Of a stretch of 64,000 nucleotides of DNA, positions 1 through 12,885 are shown piece by piece. Position 1 is the stretch's first letter. Every line of letters begins with the position of its first letter. Source of the DNA: Reclinomonas americana ATCC 50394 (lineage: Eukaryota); assembly GCA_048213135.1 (NCBI GenBank), contig PS015054.1, forward strand, positions 381,812 to 445,811. The letters run 5' to 3'. Position numbers and translations under genes: made by a program. The notes under the pieces were generated by a model. It did not search any database. It worked only from the letters and a program-made list of their open reading frames with translations, and was not told the DNA's origin.

Positions 1-846
1 ACCGTGAGCTGATCGCCGTTCCTTCAGCTGACAACAGGCGATGCGCTCGCACTCACCACCCGAGATTGCCAATGGCCGTGGTGACGGCGCTCAGCAGCAG
101 AGGCGCCGTGCGCTTGTCAAACGATCCAGAGTTGGGCGACACCACCATGAAGCGCTCCACTCCAAACCATCGGTGCAGGCGATGGGCGCTCTCCGGAAAG
201 TCCCTTCGCGGATCCAGCAGCGCGCCAAACACATCCACTGATCCGCACAGAGACAAGTGTCACAAAATAAAGACGACAACAATCAACAAACATGAGTGCA
301 CAAACCCTCTTCCGTTTCACGCGAGAAGAAGTAGAACAGCTTGTACGACTCGGCATCAAAGAGCAGCACACTGGAGAGACACAACTCGCCGACCGCCGTG
401 GAAGCGCGCGAATTCGCCTGCTGCCGACACACAATCAACATCACAAACTGAACATTCTCTTGGTCCGCCCCTGCCCACGCACCTCTTGTTCCTCCTCTCG
501 CTCCACAAGCCACTGTCGCAACAAGTCCTCAATCTCTGCCACAAACCTGCTCACTCGTCAGATCACAATCTGATCATCACATCATCTGCCGCTGCTGAAA
601 GTCACGCAACTTTTCATACGGCGACACACACGAGTAGTCCTCGATCTCAAAGTACTCCTCCTCCTTCTCAGCTGGCTCCTCGCTGTCATCCTCCGCCTCC
701 TCTGCCTCCTCCTCTCCTTGATCTTGTTCTTCATCGTCGTCGCCCCACGTGTCATCATCATCATCAGCGTCGCCACCAGCAGCACCCGGCTTGGGTCGTC
801 TGGGTCGACCAAAGGCGTCCAGTGATCCCTCTGCCGCAGCCGACAT
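1..846 (-). CDS. RAB3GAP1: Rab3 GTPase-activating protein catalytic subunit, 5' part (continues past the window start)
   Basis: Spliced translation EYFEIEDYSCVSPYEK|FVAEIEDLLRQW and AHRLHRWFGVERFMVVSP...LLLSAVTTAIGNLG resemble the RAB3GAP1 N-terminal blocks (FEITDFTTASEWERFISKVEEVLNDW; HCLVRWYGLREFVVIAP). Confidence 0.8.
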
Positions 847-986
847 TGCCTCGTCACTGGAAGGGTTGGTGGGAAGAGCGACTGACTTGTCCTTCACGGA
901 CACTTTTTGCTCTTTCAAGTACGTATGCCACCATGACGCAGGCACCGTTGATGCGCTCGCCACTCTGGTGGCGCACTTCGGCAGCG

Positions 987-3673
987 ATGGAGCCGGTTGT
1001 CACTGTGGTGCTTCCATCGTCGCCATCGCCTTCTGGGCAGACATCACCGACGCCGTTGTCGCTGCCGTCGGAGGTGGCGACTGCTGGGTGGCGTGAGGCC
1101 ATGCAGCTGGTGGAGCAAGCGGAGCAGAGGCGGAGGGAGGAGGCAGAGCTGCGTGAGCAGGCGATACAGCGATTGCAGGGTAATGGTGAGGCGTGTCTCG
1201 CCTAACGATGTTGCGATTCATGCTCATTCATCGCTGCGTGTGTAGCGCTGTGGCAAGTGGCAGTGCGTCGTCCTCGTGGTGTGTATGGAGTCGCAGGAGA
1301 GTCGGTGTCGCTTGCAGAGTGTCGACAACGCATGGGGCAAGCGAGCGCGGCGATCGTGCATCGAAAATCGTTGGTGTCTGCGGTGCCGCTGCTGTGGTGC
1401 ATGGTGGACCTGGTGCAGGCGAACGGGGAGCGCGAAGAGCTGCGTGGCTTGTGGGACGATGTGCTGTGCGTGGTGAGCTTGGCTGTTGTGTTGTGCGTGG
1501 CAGCTGCATGCATGAGTTCATCGGTCTTCCAACATGAAGCTGCAACACGACCAAGGGCAAGCGGCGAAAGCTCTGGCGGTGATGGACGCGGTGCTTGGCA
1601 TGTCGGCGCAGGAGTATCACTGGTGCGTCCGTGGGGTGGCGACTTGCGTGCATGTGTACGTCGGTGTGGTGACAGCAAATGTGCAGCGTGGTGTGGCAGC
1701 TGGTGCAGCTGCACGATGCACTCTTCCACGCCGCGCGACATCTCGGCTCGCCCCACGATGACTTGGCATGGATGCGTATGTGGCACCAGTTGACGTACCT
1801 GCAGCTGTGGTGTGGTGCACTGCCGGCATTGTGCCCGCCGTGGACCATGTCTCTGCAGGAGTTGCATGAGGCCGCTGGCGTCGGTGACAGAGCGCCGCAT
1901 CCATCCCTTCTTCGAGGTTCGTCGCACAGGTCGTGAATCCTGTCTGCATCACGCGCTCAGCCTCTTATTGCAGCCGTTTGTCGGGCACTATACTCTGGAT
2001 CGTCTCCGGTTGCGCCAGCGACTTTCACCGTGGGCCGATTGATCTCCGCTGCACGCGCATGTTTCGGTGACGAGGTCGTGGCTGTGGCTATCGCTTCGGA
2101 AGAGGAGGCACTGCATGGAACACCTGTCGTGGCGTGGGAGTCGTGGCGTCGCGCCATGCATGCACGTCGACAGCGTCTGGCGCTGCTTTGTGGTGGTGAC
2201 TCGCTCGGTACTGCGCCACCCATCGTCGGTGATACGGAGCACCTCTGGTGGCAGCATTGGTGGCCCGCCACTGACAGACGCGTGGCGTCTGTGGTGGACT
2301 GGGTAGAGTCGGTGCTTGTGCCGCAAGCGCAGCGTGTCTACGCCTCGGTGCATGTGCGTATTGCGCAGATGTTGTCCGCTGGTTCCGTTTCGCCGACTCG
2401 TGCTTCACAGGTCTCGTGGGAGTCGTCGGCCCTGCGCTGTTGGTGGCGTGTGTGGCGCGCGAGGAGAGCAATCAAGGAGCAATTCGACGAGACGCTGGCA
2501 GAACTGCAGTCCCTGGCGGCATTGCTGACCATGCATGCCGACACGGAATACGATCCACGGTGCGTTGCTTCCGCCGCGACTTATATGTGTGGCTGCAGTG
2601 TTTATTTATGAGTGTCGTTTTGCAGACCGCCGGCATCTCTCCCTCGTGAGATCCTCCACGAAGTGCGTCAGGTGGACAATGGTGACTGGCGTCGCTTCAT
2701 GTCACGGTACGCGGGCGCGCAATTATGTCATCTCGCACGCAGCCTTTGGTGCTCATCAACTTGCATTTCGTAGGGCGCATGATCGAATGTTCGCACTGGA
2801 GACGCAAGCGGCGCGATTGGAGACGCTCGTGTGGCACTTTGACCGCATGCTGCGACAGCCGCTGGCGTGGCAGCGACTGGAGAGCATGTTGCAGGAGCGT
2901 AGCCTGGTGTCGTTTGCGAACGAGCAGCATCGAGTGGTGCTCTCGGAGCTGTCAGATGTGCTGTCGACGCTTAACGATGAGGATAACGACTCGGACGTAC
3001 ACCAGAGTATCGCGGTCTTGACATTCGAGCTGTTTCGAGTGCACGCCCGACAGGCACGCTTGGATCGTATCGCTGAAGAGCGCCAGAGCCGTATACGAAC
3101 CCTCGCCGCGTTGCCGGCAGACGCGGTGCGCGAAAGCAAGGTGCTGGCCGTGCTGGCGGCGCATGTGGACACCATGGCTGCGCCGCCGTCTTTGTCAGCA
3201 TCGTCCGCGCCGTTGTTGCCCCGTGTGCGCTACGCCGACCTCCTACAGCAAGCTCTCGATGCAGACTGGGGAGAGAGGTGCGTCACTGCGACCGACCGTC
3301 AGCAAGCTAGCATCGCTCTCACATTTCTCAAATATTTGACAGGCAACGAGCTGCGCAGTCAGGGTCGATGCCTGGACGGCAAGAGGTTGACGAAGGAGGA
3401 GGAGGAAGTGGTGGAAGGCTGGCGGTCGGCGACCAAGTGCGCTTGGTGCGCTGGCTTCGCAGTGAGCGACGTCGAATCGGCGTGCAACTGCTGCGCGCTC
3501 TCACTCGCCGGGTGATTGCCAAGGGTCTGTGGCCGCACGCTCCGCAGCACGCCCATCCTTCTGTTGGCACGCCGGCGGCCGCATTCGACATACTGAGCAC
3601 GCTGCTCACACGTGTCATGTTTCGCCGTCGCAAGTCGTCGTCGGTGGATTCGCGCGGTCGCGCAGCAAGATGA
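987..3673 (+). CDS. Multi-exon hypothetical protein, helical and Trp/Leu-rich
   Basis: Chain of long coding-like ORFs (1257-1793, 1679-1936, 2030-2611, 2535-3515, 3368-3673) separated by short GT-AG introns. No family recognised. Confidence 0.5.
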
Positions 3674-3734
3674 ATGGACGACCACTTGTGTCATGTCTCA
3701 CCTCTTCTTCACAACTACTCGCAATCTGCACAAA

Positions 3735-6700
3735 CTAATCAACACGCCAGTCGCGGTAGAGCGCACGATTCGTGACGCGGTCTGAATCGGTCCACCCGCC
3801 GGCGTAATCGTGAACGCACATGTGCTCATATCTGTGAAGAAAGGGGAATGCATGAGACGAGTGCAGGCACGGGAGGAATGATGGTGTCGAGAAGCAACGC
3901 ACTCGCGGTGGGGGCCGTGCGCGACACCAAGCACCTGGAAAAAAACAAGGTGGTGTGAGCAGAGGCCACATGTGACTCTCAAAAAAACACACGCAGGCAA
4001 CACAACTCGATGCTTCTCGTTGAAGATGTTCTTGCGGTGGCTGCGTGACGGCACAGCGTCGTCGATGATGAGCGCACAGATCATTTGCTTCGCCGTTGCG
4101 CTGCCGTAATCGACGTTCTCGCCGAGCTCTCCGTGGAACTTGCCAAAGAGCGCCGCGCGATCCGCCAGACTGTCGCCGGCCGAGTGATGCCCAATGCTCC
4201 CTGCAAGTGCAGCAAGGTCAGCATCGCGGTGCGCCGACGACACAAGCAGTCGAAAACAAATAAACCTTCAAGGCCCTGCGCAATCGCATGGCGGCGAGCA
4301 ACCAGCGTCAGTCCGCGGCTGATGCCAGTCAACGGCGGCTGTGCATGGAAAGTGAGAAGGGTGCCCTCTCACACGCACACATCGTATGAAAACAAACCAC
4401 TGGCGGTTGCACTCGCAGGGCTTCAATGGCTTCCGTGATGACTGGAGTACCCTCCTGCACGACGCCAACGTGAGGGAGGTGAAAGAGCTGAGAACACAAC
4501 CATGGCGCCACACCGTGAGGAGCGTCGGCTGGCCGTTGTTGTACACGGGGTGCTCGACAATGTTGCCGTCGCGGATCGAGCTCCGAATGCTCTCCAGCAC
4601 CGGAATCAATGACTGTGGATTCGTGCGCACCTTGTTGAGTTCGATGAACGCATCGCGCTCCACGTCAGACAGAAAATCTGCCTCCTCCACCGCTGCACAC
4701 ACATCACCACAGCTGTCAGTCACACCAGCACATATCACGTACGATCTCGCACTTTACGAAACGAGTCGGCGGTGTCTCCTGATCCGCGGACGACGGCAAG
4801 GTGAAAGAAAATGTCTTGGACGACTCCCGGCCAATCTGGGGCGGTGACCGTGGCGACAGGGCATTCGACGCGCCGGGAACATCAACTAGGTGCGACAGGG
4901 GGCATTGTGTCAAGGCGAACAGGACTCGCAAACGAGCCGCACGAGACCACCAGTGGATCAGAAGCAAAGGATATCACAAGGTGGAGTGAATTGCCGGCGA
5001 GGAGACCGGCGTAGCCGACCCATGGGCACAGGGGACCGGACTCGCTGAACAGGTGCAACTCGAATTCGTCGTTTGGCAAGCCCCACGCCTCGCGAATCAT
5101 CTTGCGAACCGTCCTGCGTCAACACGCACACACACACATCGTGTCAGAGTACGCTGGTTTGCCACACAGCGCGTGCATGCCCACTTTGTCGCAACTTGAT
5201 CTCCGTGTTGGTCAGCACGTCCAATGTGAGTACGGCGCGCCGATTCGGCAGCTGGTGCGACACCTCCAAGAGTGCCTGCTGCGGTGGCTGGTCCGGCAGC
5301 GGTGGCAATGTGACAGCGTACAGCGAGTCGGTGGTCAAATTATCGACACGCCCGGCGCGTGACAAGACGGGGCCTGTGGCACGCCAATGTGAGTGAACGC
5401 ATACACATCAAAACAAAGGCTTACTCTCTCGTTGCACACCATCCTCTGCATCGGCGCGCAAATCAAACTCGGCGTCGTCGAGACGCCACGTCTTGGCGAC
5501 CGTCGAGCGCAGCTTGCGCAACGACATGACAAGCGGCGCCTCAATGGCCAGCTTGCCAACGCGCTCTTGCATGACACGGCGCACCGTCAGCAGCGTCTTG
5601 CGATCAGAGTACTCGCGGTCGGCGCGTGACACCTCGTCGTCGATGAACAGCAGACGCGCAGTCAGCTGCGCCACGGGACCGGAGCGCGGCAGCACAGGTC
5701 CTGTGCAGAGAGGGGAAAGTGCACAAGTGAGCAACGTGATGACAGCAGCAGCAGCAGCTCGTCGTTCGCGCGTGCGCACACCATCTTCACTGTCAGCGCG
5801 CCTGTGGTGACCGTCATGAGAGCAGAGTGAGAACGCGGGACAAGGACGGGAGATTGTCAACACAGACGCAACAGCTCAAACTCTGGCGGCAGATCCTGCA
5901 CCGTCGACTCCACCATGCGACGGATATCGGCCATGTCCAGCTTTGGCGGCACGTCGACAGAGAGCGACGACACGCGGTCGCCGAATACACGCTTGATCGT
6001 AATGGGGATTGGTTCCTCGGGTCGATCCGTCTTGCCAGTGGCGACGGCGGCAGGAGTGAATTGCGGGCGGTTGGAGACGACTTGCGGACTGTCGACCGAC
6101 TGCCGACGGTCCGGCCGATTGACGCGCAAATGCAGCACCGATGTGCCACGCAACTGCGCCACAGAGCCCTCTCGCGGAACCGGAACGCCTGCCATTCAGA
6201 AAATGCAGCACGTGTTGTCAAGACCAAATGGCGTGATCACGTGCCTCACGCAATCGATCACGCACCGTCCTCCGTCTCCATCAGCAGGTCAAAGTCGTCG
6301 ACCAGACTCCACGTCTTGGCCACGGTCTCGCGCAGCTCCGGCAGCCGCATATGTGCTGGTGCGTCCACTCGCATCGTGATGATCTTGTCCGGCATGGTGC
6401 GACGAATCGCCAGCGGGACTGTGTTGGCGGCGGCGGCTGCGGCCGGTGCTGCTGCCGCTCCGTTGGCATTGCTCTTCGGAGCAGGGGCCACTGGCGGCGG
6501 TGCCGCCGCCGACGCTGCAGTGGCAGCAGTAGCCGCAACAGGGGCTGGTGCTGGAACCGGTGCTCGTGACTGTGTGGCACCGAGATCCTCTTGCTGGTCC
6601 GTGTGCTGCACAAAGAGAATGCGCTCCGCCAGCTGCGACACCTTGCTGGTCAGCCGAACGGGCACCCCTGCACATGGAAGAAACACATCATTGAGCAGGC

Positions 6701-7761
6701 TGCACTGCATCGCAGCAGCAGTACTAGCAGCAGCAGCATACCGTTCTCGCCACCCGTGCAGCTGTGCATGCAAGGATTCGAGGAGGTGAGCACGACGACG
6801 ACAAGACGACAACGGAAGAAAGGAGAGTGCACGCAACAACTGAAAGTTCTGCAGCGACCACTGCTTGGCCACGACGTCGCGCACGCGGGTGAGCTCCATG
6901 CTCAGCGGCACGGCCAGCTTGAGTGTGACAATGCGATCGGCGAGCAAGCGCTTGACAAAAATCTCCACAGGAGCCGACGGCGACGCAGGTGGCGCGGCAG
7001 CGGCCGCCGGCACCTCCACCAGAAACACACTCCGATCGGAGAGATTGGCCAGATCGCCATCACGAGTCAGCACTTTTCCTGCACACATGCACCGATTCAG
7101 GTGGAGCGGTGGTGGAGACAGAAATCATACACAAACAAACCGGTTTCGCTGCCGATGCGCAGCTCAAAAGACAGCGCGTCGAGCTGCCACGCGCGCGCCA
7201 CCGCCTTGGTGAGGTCGGCCAGCGTCATGCCAGCCGCCGACGGCGCCTGCACCTGCAACAGCAACCATGCATCAGCAACCCCATATGCGGAAGTGTCCGC
7301 AGACCGCAACTCACGCAACATTGATGGCCTCCAGCAGCCCACCACGCATGCGCTTGACCAGCAACGCCGCAGGCTGCTGCTGTTGCTGCTGTGCCTCGCT
7401 GCCCGATGACGACGACACCGAATCCGTTGTCGGCGACGTGCGCGGGCGCGGAACACCGGGCATCGTGGCCAGCGGGGGCGGTGACAGCGGCGCAGCGGCC
7501 GAGGCTGCCGCCGCCTTGGGTTCCACCGCGCCCACAGTCGTCGCAGCGGCGGCCACTGCAGTTCGCCGCGGTTTGGCCTCCATGGGCAGCGGCCGAGCGG
7601 TCTCCGAGGTGGCGCGAGAGGCCGACGAGCGCGGTGTCGTGCTGGCGCCCCCAGCTGTCACAGTTGTCCGTCCGCATGTGTGAGAGCGGGCGTGGGAGAG
7701 AGAGCGAGAGCTGTGCAATACAAGACTCACCGGATGTCGCCTTTCGTGAAGGAGCACTCAT
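3735..7761 (-). CDS. Protein with six tandem ~85-aa ubiquitin-like (predicted beta-grasp) repeats and a C-terminal CAP/SCP domain
   Basis: Repeats such as LAIRRTMPDKIITMRVDAPAHMRLPELRETVAKTWSLVDDFDLLMETEDG. CAP motifs ELNKVRTNP, GENVDYG, LIIDDAVPSRSHRKNIFN, LGVAHGPH, MCVHDYAGG. Confidence 0.75.
4890..4974 (-). other. U12-type (minor spliceosome) AT-AC intron, 85 nt
   Basis: 5' site ATATCCTTT (4974-4966), branch CCTTGAC (4915-4909), terminal AC (4891-4890). Removal joins HLV|LVDVPG in frame. Confidence 0.8.
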
Positions 7762-7953
7762 GATGACGTGCGCGTGTGTCAATCACAGTCTGCACACGCA
7801 CAGAGTGAGAGAGAGCGTGTCATCAAAGGCAACGCCACGAATCCGTACACACGCACACATGCACGCATGCAAGAAAAGACACGCATGCGACACACACACA
7901 CACACACGTTTGAAGTGACACTCGTGCAGTTTGCACGCACAGAGAGAGGAAGA

Positions 7954-10900
7954 ATGGCAAAGGGAATAGAGAAGTAATGCATTCACGCGCGCACACTCAC
8001 CTGTCTCTGCGTCCGTGTGTGTGTGCGTGTGTGTGAAAAGAGAGTCGCCAAGAGAGAGCACTATGTAGTGTGCGTGTGTGTGCGCGCTCTCACAGGAGAC
8101 ACAAAAACAGAGAGGCAAGAGAAGTGCTGTTTTCTGCACGCGGACGCGCGCTTTTCATGCTGTCCCACCTCCCGGTTTCTCGCTCTCCAATGAGTGACTG
8201 TGACAGTGTTGCGTCTCTCCTCTCTCCCTCTCCCCACCCCCCTTCCTCTCTCTCTCTCTCTCACTGCACATGCTCAGCCTCCGCGCAAACGACGACGTGT
8301 ATGCGAGGCGCACAGTGAAGAGATCAGTGAATGGCCTCCGCCTTCCACCACAGATGCTGCTGCAAAGAGCAGTGATGACGATGACAGCAGTGCGGGCAAT
8401 GGAGGTGACAGTCGCGAGGATGCCCAAAACACACTGCCTGCGTCATCGGAAGAATCGCATGTGGTCATTGATGATGATGAGCAAGAGGAGGAGTCCTTGA
8501 GCGCAGACATGGCGTTGGCACGATGGTACCGTGCGCAAGTGCGGGAGAATGGCGATGCACAGTGGTCGGGGCGACGAGGGAATACACGCACGCTGTTGCG
8601 CTGGTTGGTGCGGGAAGGCGGGCCGGCCATTCGTCGTTTCCTGCGTGCGCAGTGGCAGCGGTGCAGCGAGGCGGTGCGACGGCGACCGCGCAGTGCGGCG
8701 TTGTGGGCCACGCTGGCGTCGTATCAGGAGAGGTGATGGGGCTCCATGCGGAAAGAGAAACGGTATTGGTTCCTTATGCTCGAGTGTGCAGGCTTGGTGA
8801 TGTGGATGGAGCGGTGGCTTCGCTGCAAAAGAGTCTTTCGCTGCGACCGCATAGCGGGCGTGTGCAGCAGGAGTTGGCGCGCTGTCAGTTGCGAAAGCGC
8901 ATCGCCGAGGTCTGTCTGTCTGTCTGTCTCTTCATCGCAGTGCATTGCAGGGAGTGCTGACGACTGTGTGCTTGCAGACTGTCCGAGAGGTGTGTGCGCA
9001 GCAGTCTCGTGTGCCACGGGAGCTGTCGGCCACGGTGCCGGTGGATCGGCGGCGCGATTTGTCGTATATGGTGCGGTGGGTGCGGGGAGCAAGCGAACGA
9101 GCACCCTTCCGCAACTCACCACTTTAAGGTTCTGTCGATATCGCGCCACCATTCTTTCGGCAGACGTTCATTGTGGAGTACGCCAATAGGTAATTGATTG
9201 TGGCTGATGTGTGTAAACGTGGTCCGCTCAGTTGCTGAAGCCGTCGGGCGGTGGTGTGCGTGCAGGGGTCGTCCTGTGATTCTCGAGGGCTGCCACCTGG
9301 TGCCACAAATGTGGACCGTGCAGCACATTCGCGAGGTGTGCGACTCGATTCCCCCGAACACCCACACGCTGCTGATGATATTGTGCTGACATGTTGATGA
9401 TTTGTCGATTCGCAGGTGGCGGGCGACAAGATGGTGGCGGTGCGTATGCAATGACCTATCCGCTCCTGCGACCATGCGTTTCACTATTCTTCTGCGCCCG
9501 GCAGCCGCGCTACTTGGTGCGTGGGAGTGCCGACTGGGCGCAGTTGGAAGACGGACCGCCGCTGCCAGTGCGCGATCTCTTGGCTAGGTTGGCAAGCGTT
9601 TGATATCTCTCTGACTTCTATATATGCTGATCCCGTTTCTCGTCTCGTTGACAGGCTCGAGCATCATCCGCCGGAGGGAGTGGAAGACCCAGCTGCCTCA
9701 CTTCCGTACCTCTTTGACTGGAATCTGCCGTCGGGATGCCCAGAACTCCTGCAGGAGGTGACGGTGCCGCGGTACTTTGCCGGTGAGTGTGCTGCTGAGG
9801 AACTGGTGCATGCATGCATGCATGTCGTTGACATTTGCCGCAGGAGACTTTCTGCAGCGCACCGCTGTCGGATCATTGTACCGGTCTGTCGACATTGCTG
9901 TGTCTTGTCGCTGCTGTGTGCACTGACTGGTGGAGGGTGCGCAGCGAATCGTGGCCGAGTCTCTTTGTTGGCGCCGCTGGCACCATGAGCGAAATGCGTG
10001 CGTCTCGTCTTCCCGCTTGTGTCGTTTCTGCTGCCCCTTTGACACTCACCCTGACGGCACAGATGTCGATGGTACTGCGGTGTGGCAACAAACAACTCGT
10101 GCTATGTTTTGTTTCTACTCACTGCGCTCGACTCAGCATTTGGCTCCAACTTTTACATGGCGCTCTTCCAGGTTCGTACGGCTCCATGCTCCTCCTCCCA
10201 CGCGGCGTACTCACCTCTGTCTTTCTCGTCGATGCAGGGTCGCAAACAGTTGCATTTGTGTGTGCCTTTTTGCTGTGTGCCTTCATGCAAGCCCCCCTCA
10301 CCACCTCGGCCAGCTGGGTGTTCTTCCCACGCGAAGACGTGCCACTCCTCTCGCCCAACTTCGACACCTCATTCGACGCCACGTTTGAGGTGGATCTCGA
10401 CCACCCCGATCTCGAGGCGCATCCAGCATTCGCACTGACACACGCACCCTGGGAGTGTGTTCTGCAGCCTGGCGAGTTGCGTCTCGTGCGTTTTTGCGTG
10501 TGTCTGCACCTGCACATGCACCGACCGAAGTAAGTGCAGCCTCCTGTTTGTGCCCGCCGGCTGTCCCCATCGCGTCAAGGTACAGTCGATGCCAGTGTGC
10601 GCGCGCACGTATCAACTTACTCACCCGTGGTGCGCAGAATCTCGACCTGACGGTCGCCGTCTCGGCCAACTATGTCGACACCAGCAACTTTGATTTGGTC
10701 GTGGAACAACTGACGCTGGCCGCCTTGACGTGTCCCCGCTCCAGGGACCTCCTTGACCAACTGCGACATCCGTCGTTCCCGCGCAGTCTCAATCCCCACC
10801 AGCAGGACGTGCCGTGGTCCGAGTTCAAGCGCGAACGCACTGCGCGGACTGCCGAGCTGTGCACATGGGACGGTATGCGCTGTACCATTGCGTTGCGCCA

Positions 10901-10981
10901 CACACACGCACACACGCACAGCAAGTCTCACGCCGTCTGTGCCTCTCGTTCCCAGGTCGATCACCACCAACCCCAGTGTAG
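7954..10981 (+). CDS. TPR-like + JmjC (JMJD4/JMJD6-like cupin) 2-oxoglutarate/Fe(II) oxygenase
   Basis: Spliced GRPVILEG, YLFDW, VPRYFAGDFLQ, WPSLFVGAAGTMSEMHVDAFGSNFYMALFQGRKHWVFFP, VLQPGDLLFVPAGCPHRVKNLD, VAVSANY. TPR-like segment LGDVDGAVASLQKSLSLRP. Start codon tentative. Confidence 0.85.
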
Positions 10982-10999
10982 TTCATTACGGAAACCACC

Positions 11000-12825
11000 G
11001 AAAAAAGAGAGGAAACAATGGCACGCGGGCATACACAAATCGCGCGCGGCCTGCTTACACCGCGCTCACTGTACGGGTATGAAGATGCTCGCCAGCCGCC
11101 TGTAGGCGTCCACGAGTTCGGGGGGCGTCGGATCTGCGGGATCGACAAAGTAGTCGCTCTCGCTCATGGGTATGCACACCAGGACCACACCTTTTGACAT
11201 TCATGCAGGAGTGAGTCCACAAGAATAAACACTGCGCGAACCTCGTGATTACGCACCATCCAACATTGCGTATCGATTGCTCTCCATGATTCTGTTGTAC
11301 ACATCGACGGTCGCCGCTCCGAAACACACATACAGTTGCCGATCGGTTGCCCGCTGCCCCTGGTCCCGACTGCAGGCGTAGTACGTGTCGGAAAAGTACT
11401 TTCGCATGGCTGCCCGATCACGCATCACTTCGGTGAGCTCGGAGAACGGGTCTCGTTCCGGTCTCGCATTCAGTATCAGAGACTACCGTGTGCGCGAGTG
11501 AGAAAGCGATGCACTGAGAAATGGGGGTGGGCGGGCCTGCGAAACTCTGTGCTTTGCCCAGTCCTCGGCGTAGCGCTGGCAGCGTGCGGCTCCGAATGTG
11601 TTGTTCCACGCCGCACATGGCTCCAGATCTGCCGCGCAGCGGTAATGTCAGGCACTGGGTCGAGTTCAGCAGTAGACACGAAAAACGCACCTGGTATACA
11701 CTGCCACTCGTTGATGGTGGCCGACGACAGGAACTTGGTGTCTGGCGGGTCGTAGGCCATGCGGCCGTGCGGTAGTGAAATGTTCAGCGATCGCTACGTG
11801 CATGGGAACAGTGAGAGTCTCACGTCACGAGAATCAGCAAGACAACAACAACAACCACACGCACCTCCACATTGACACCGAGTGCTCGCTTCACGCCATA
11901 CAACACAAAGAACAAGAGTTGCGCCAGCAGTGACCCGGACCTGGCGTCAATGACACGCAGGTTATCCGTCGGTCGCACACCATACACGAAGCCAATCTCC
12001 TCCGCGGTGCTCGGCACAATGATCATCAAACCACCGGAACCTGCCGACACACCAACATCTCTTTCAGATGACCACGACGCGCGCTGATCGAGACATAGCA
12101 CAGCCCACGAAACGTTCAAACTGACTCAGTGTGGGAAAGCGATACGAAAACATGGTCTCCACATCTTGCATGGTGATGCCATCCTGAATGATATTCGTCG
12201 ACTGCTCCACCGCACGCGCATTGCCCACCGGCTGAATGAAGCGCTCCTCCAGCGCCAATAACCGCTTCTCCAGCGGCAGTTCCGAGAGCCGAGCAACGGC
12301 GCTGATCACTTGCGGAACCGGTGCCTTCTCAACCGGCACCGGCTGCGCCGCCGCGGCCACAGCAGGCGCCGGCTGCGACGAACGAGAAGGAGGAGGAGGC
12401 GCTGCTGGCAACTGCTGCTGCTGCTGCTGTGAAGGTTGTGCATGAGCTGCAGGTGGTGGCGACACGGCGCCCACAGCTGGCGACACGCGATTTCCTTGCG
12501 GTGATGTGGCTGCCATCCATTGAATGAGCAATGAGCGAGGAATGATGAGAAAATGCGTGCTCTCTTGCTCACCATCCACAGGCGGTGCGCGCAGCTTGTC
12601 CACTCTCTGCTGCAGCGCAACCACTGTGCTGGAGATCTCATGCACGAGGTTCTGTGTGCGCTGCATATCCTCATCCAACGATTGCACACGACTGCGAGCG
12701 CGCCTCTCTGACATTAGAAAAAGAAAAATCACACACGCCACTCGTCTGCGCATCACGCACCCAGCAATGCACATGAGGAACTCGCGCACGGTCTCTGCTG
12801 CCGCCTGCCCTTGCGCCTCCGCCAT
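11000..12825 (-). CDS. Hypothetical protein: N-terminal hydrophobic segment, coiled coil, Pro/Gln linker, globular C-terminal domain (possible type II membrane protein)
   Basis: ORF 12064-12840 plus downstream exons (GGLMIIVPSTAEEIGFVYG; MAYDPPDTKFLSS; DLEPCAAWNNTFG; YFSDTYYACS) joined by GT-AG introns. 3' end uncertain. Confidence 0.5.
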
Positions 12826-12885
12826 TCCTTGTTCAATCACATGAAATTTCCTCTCTCATCTTAACGTTGCGCTCAATCAAAGCAA

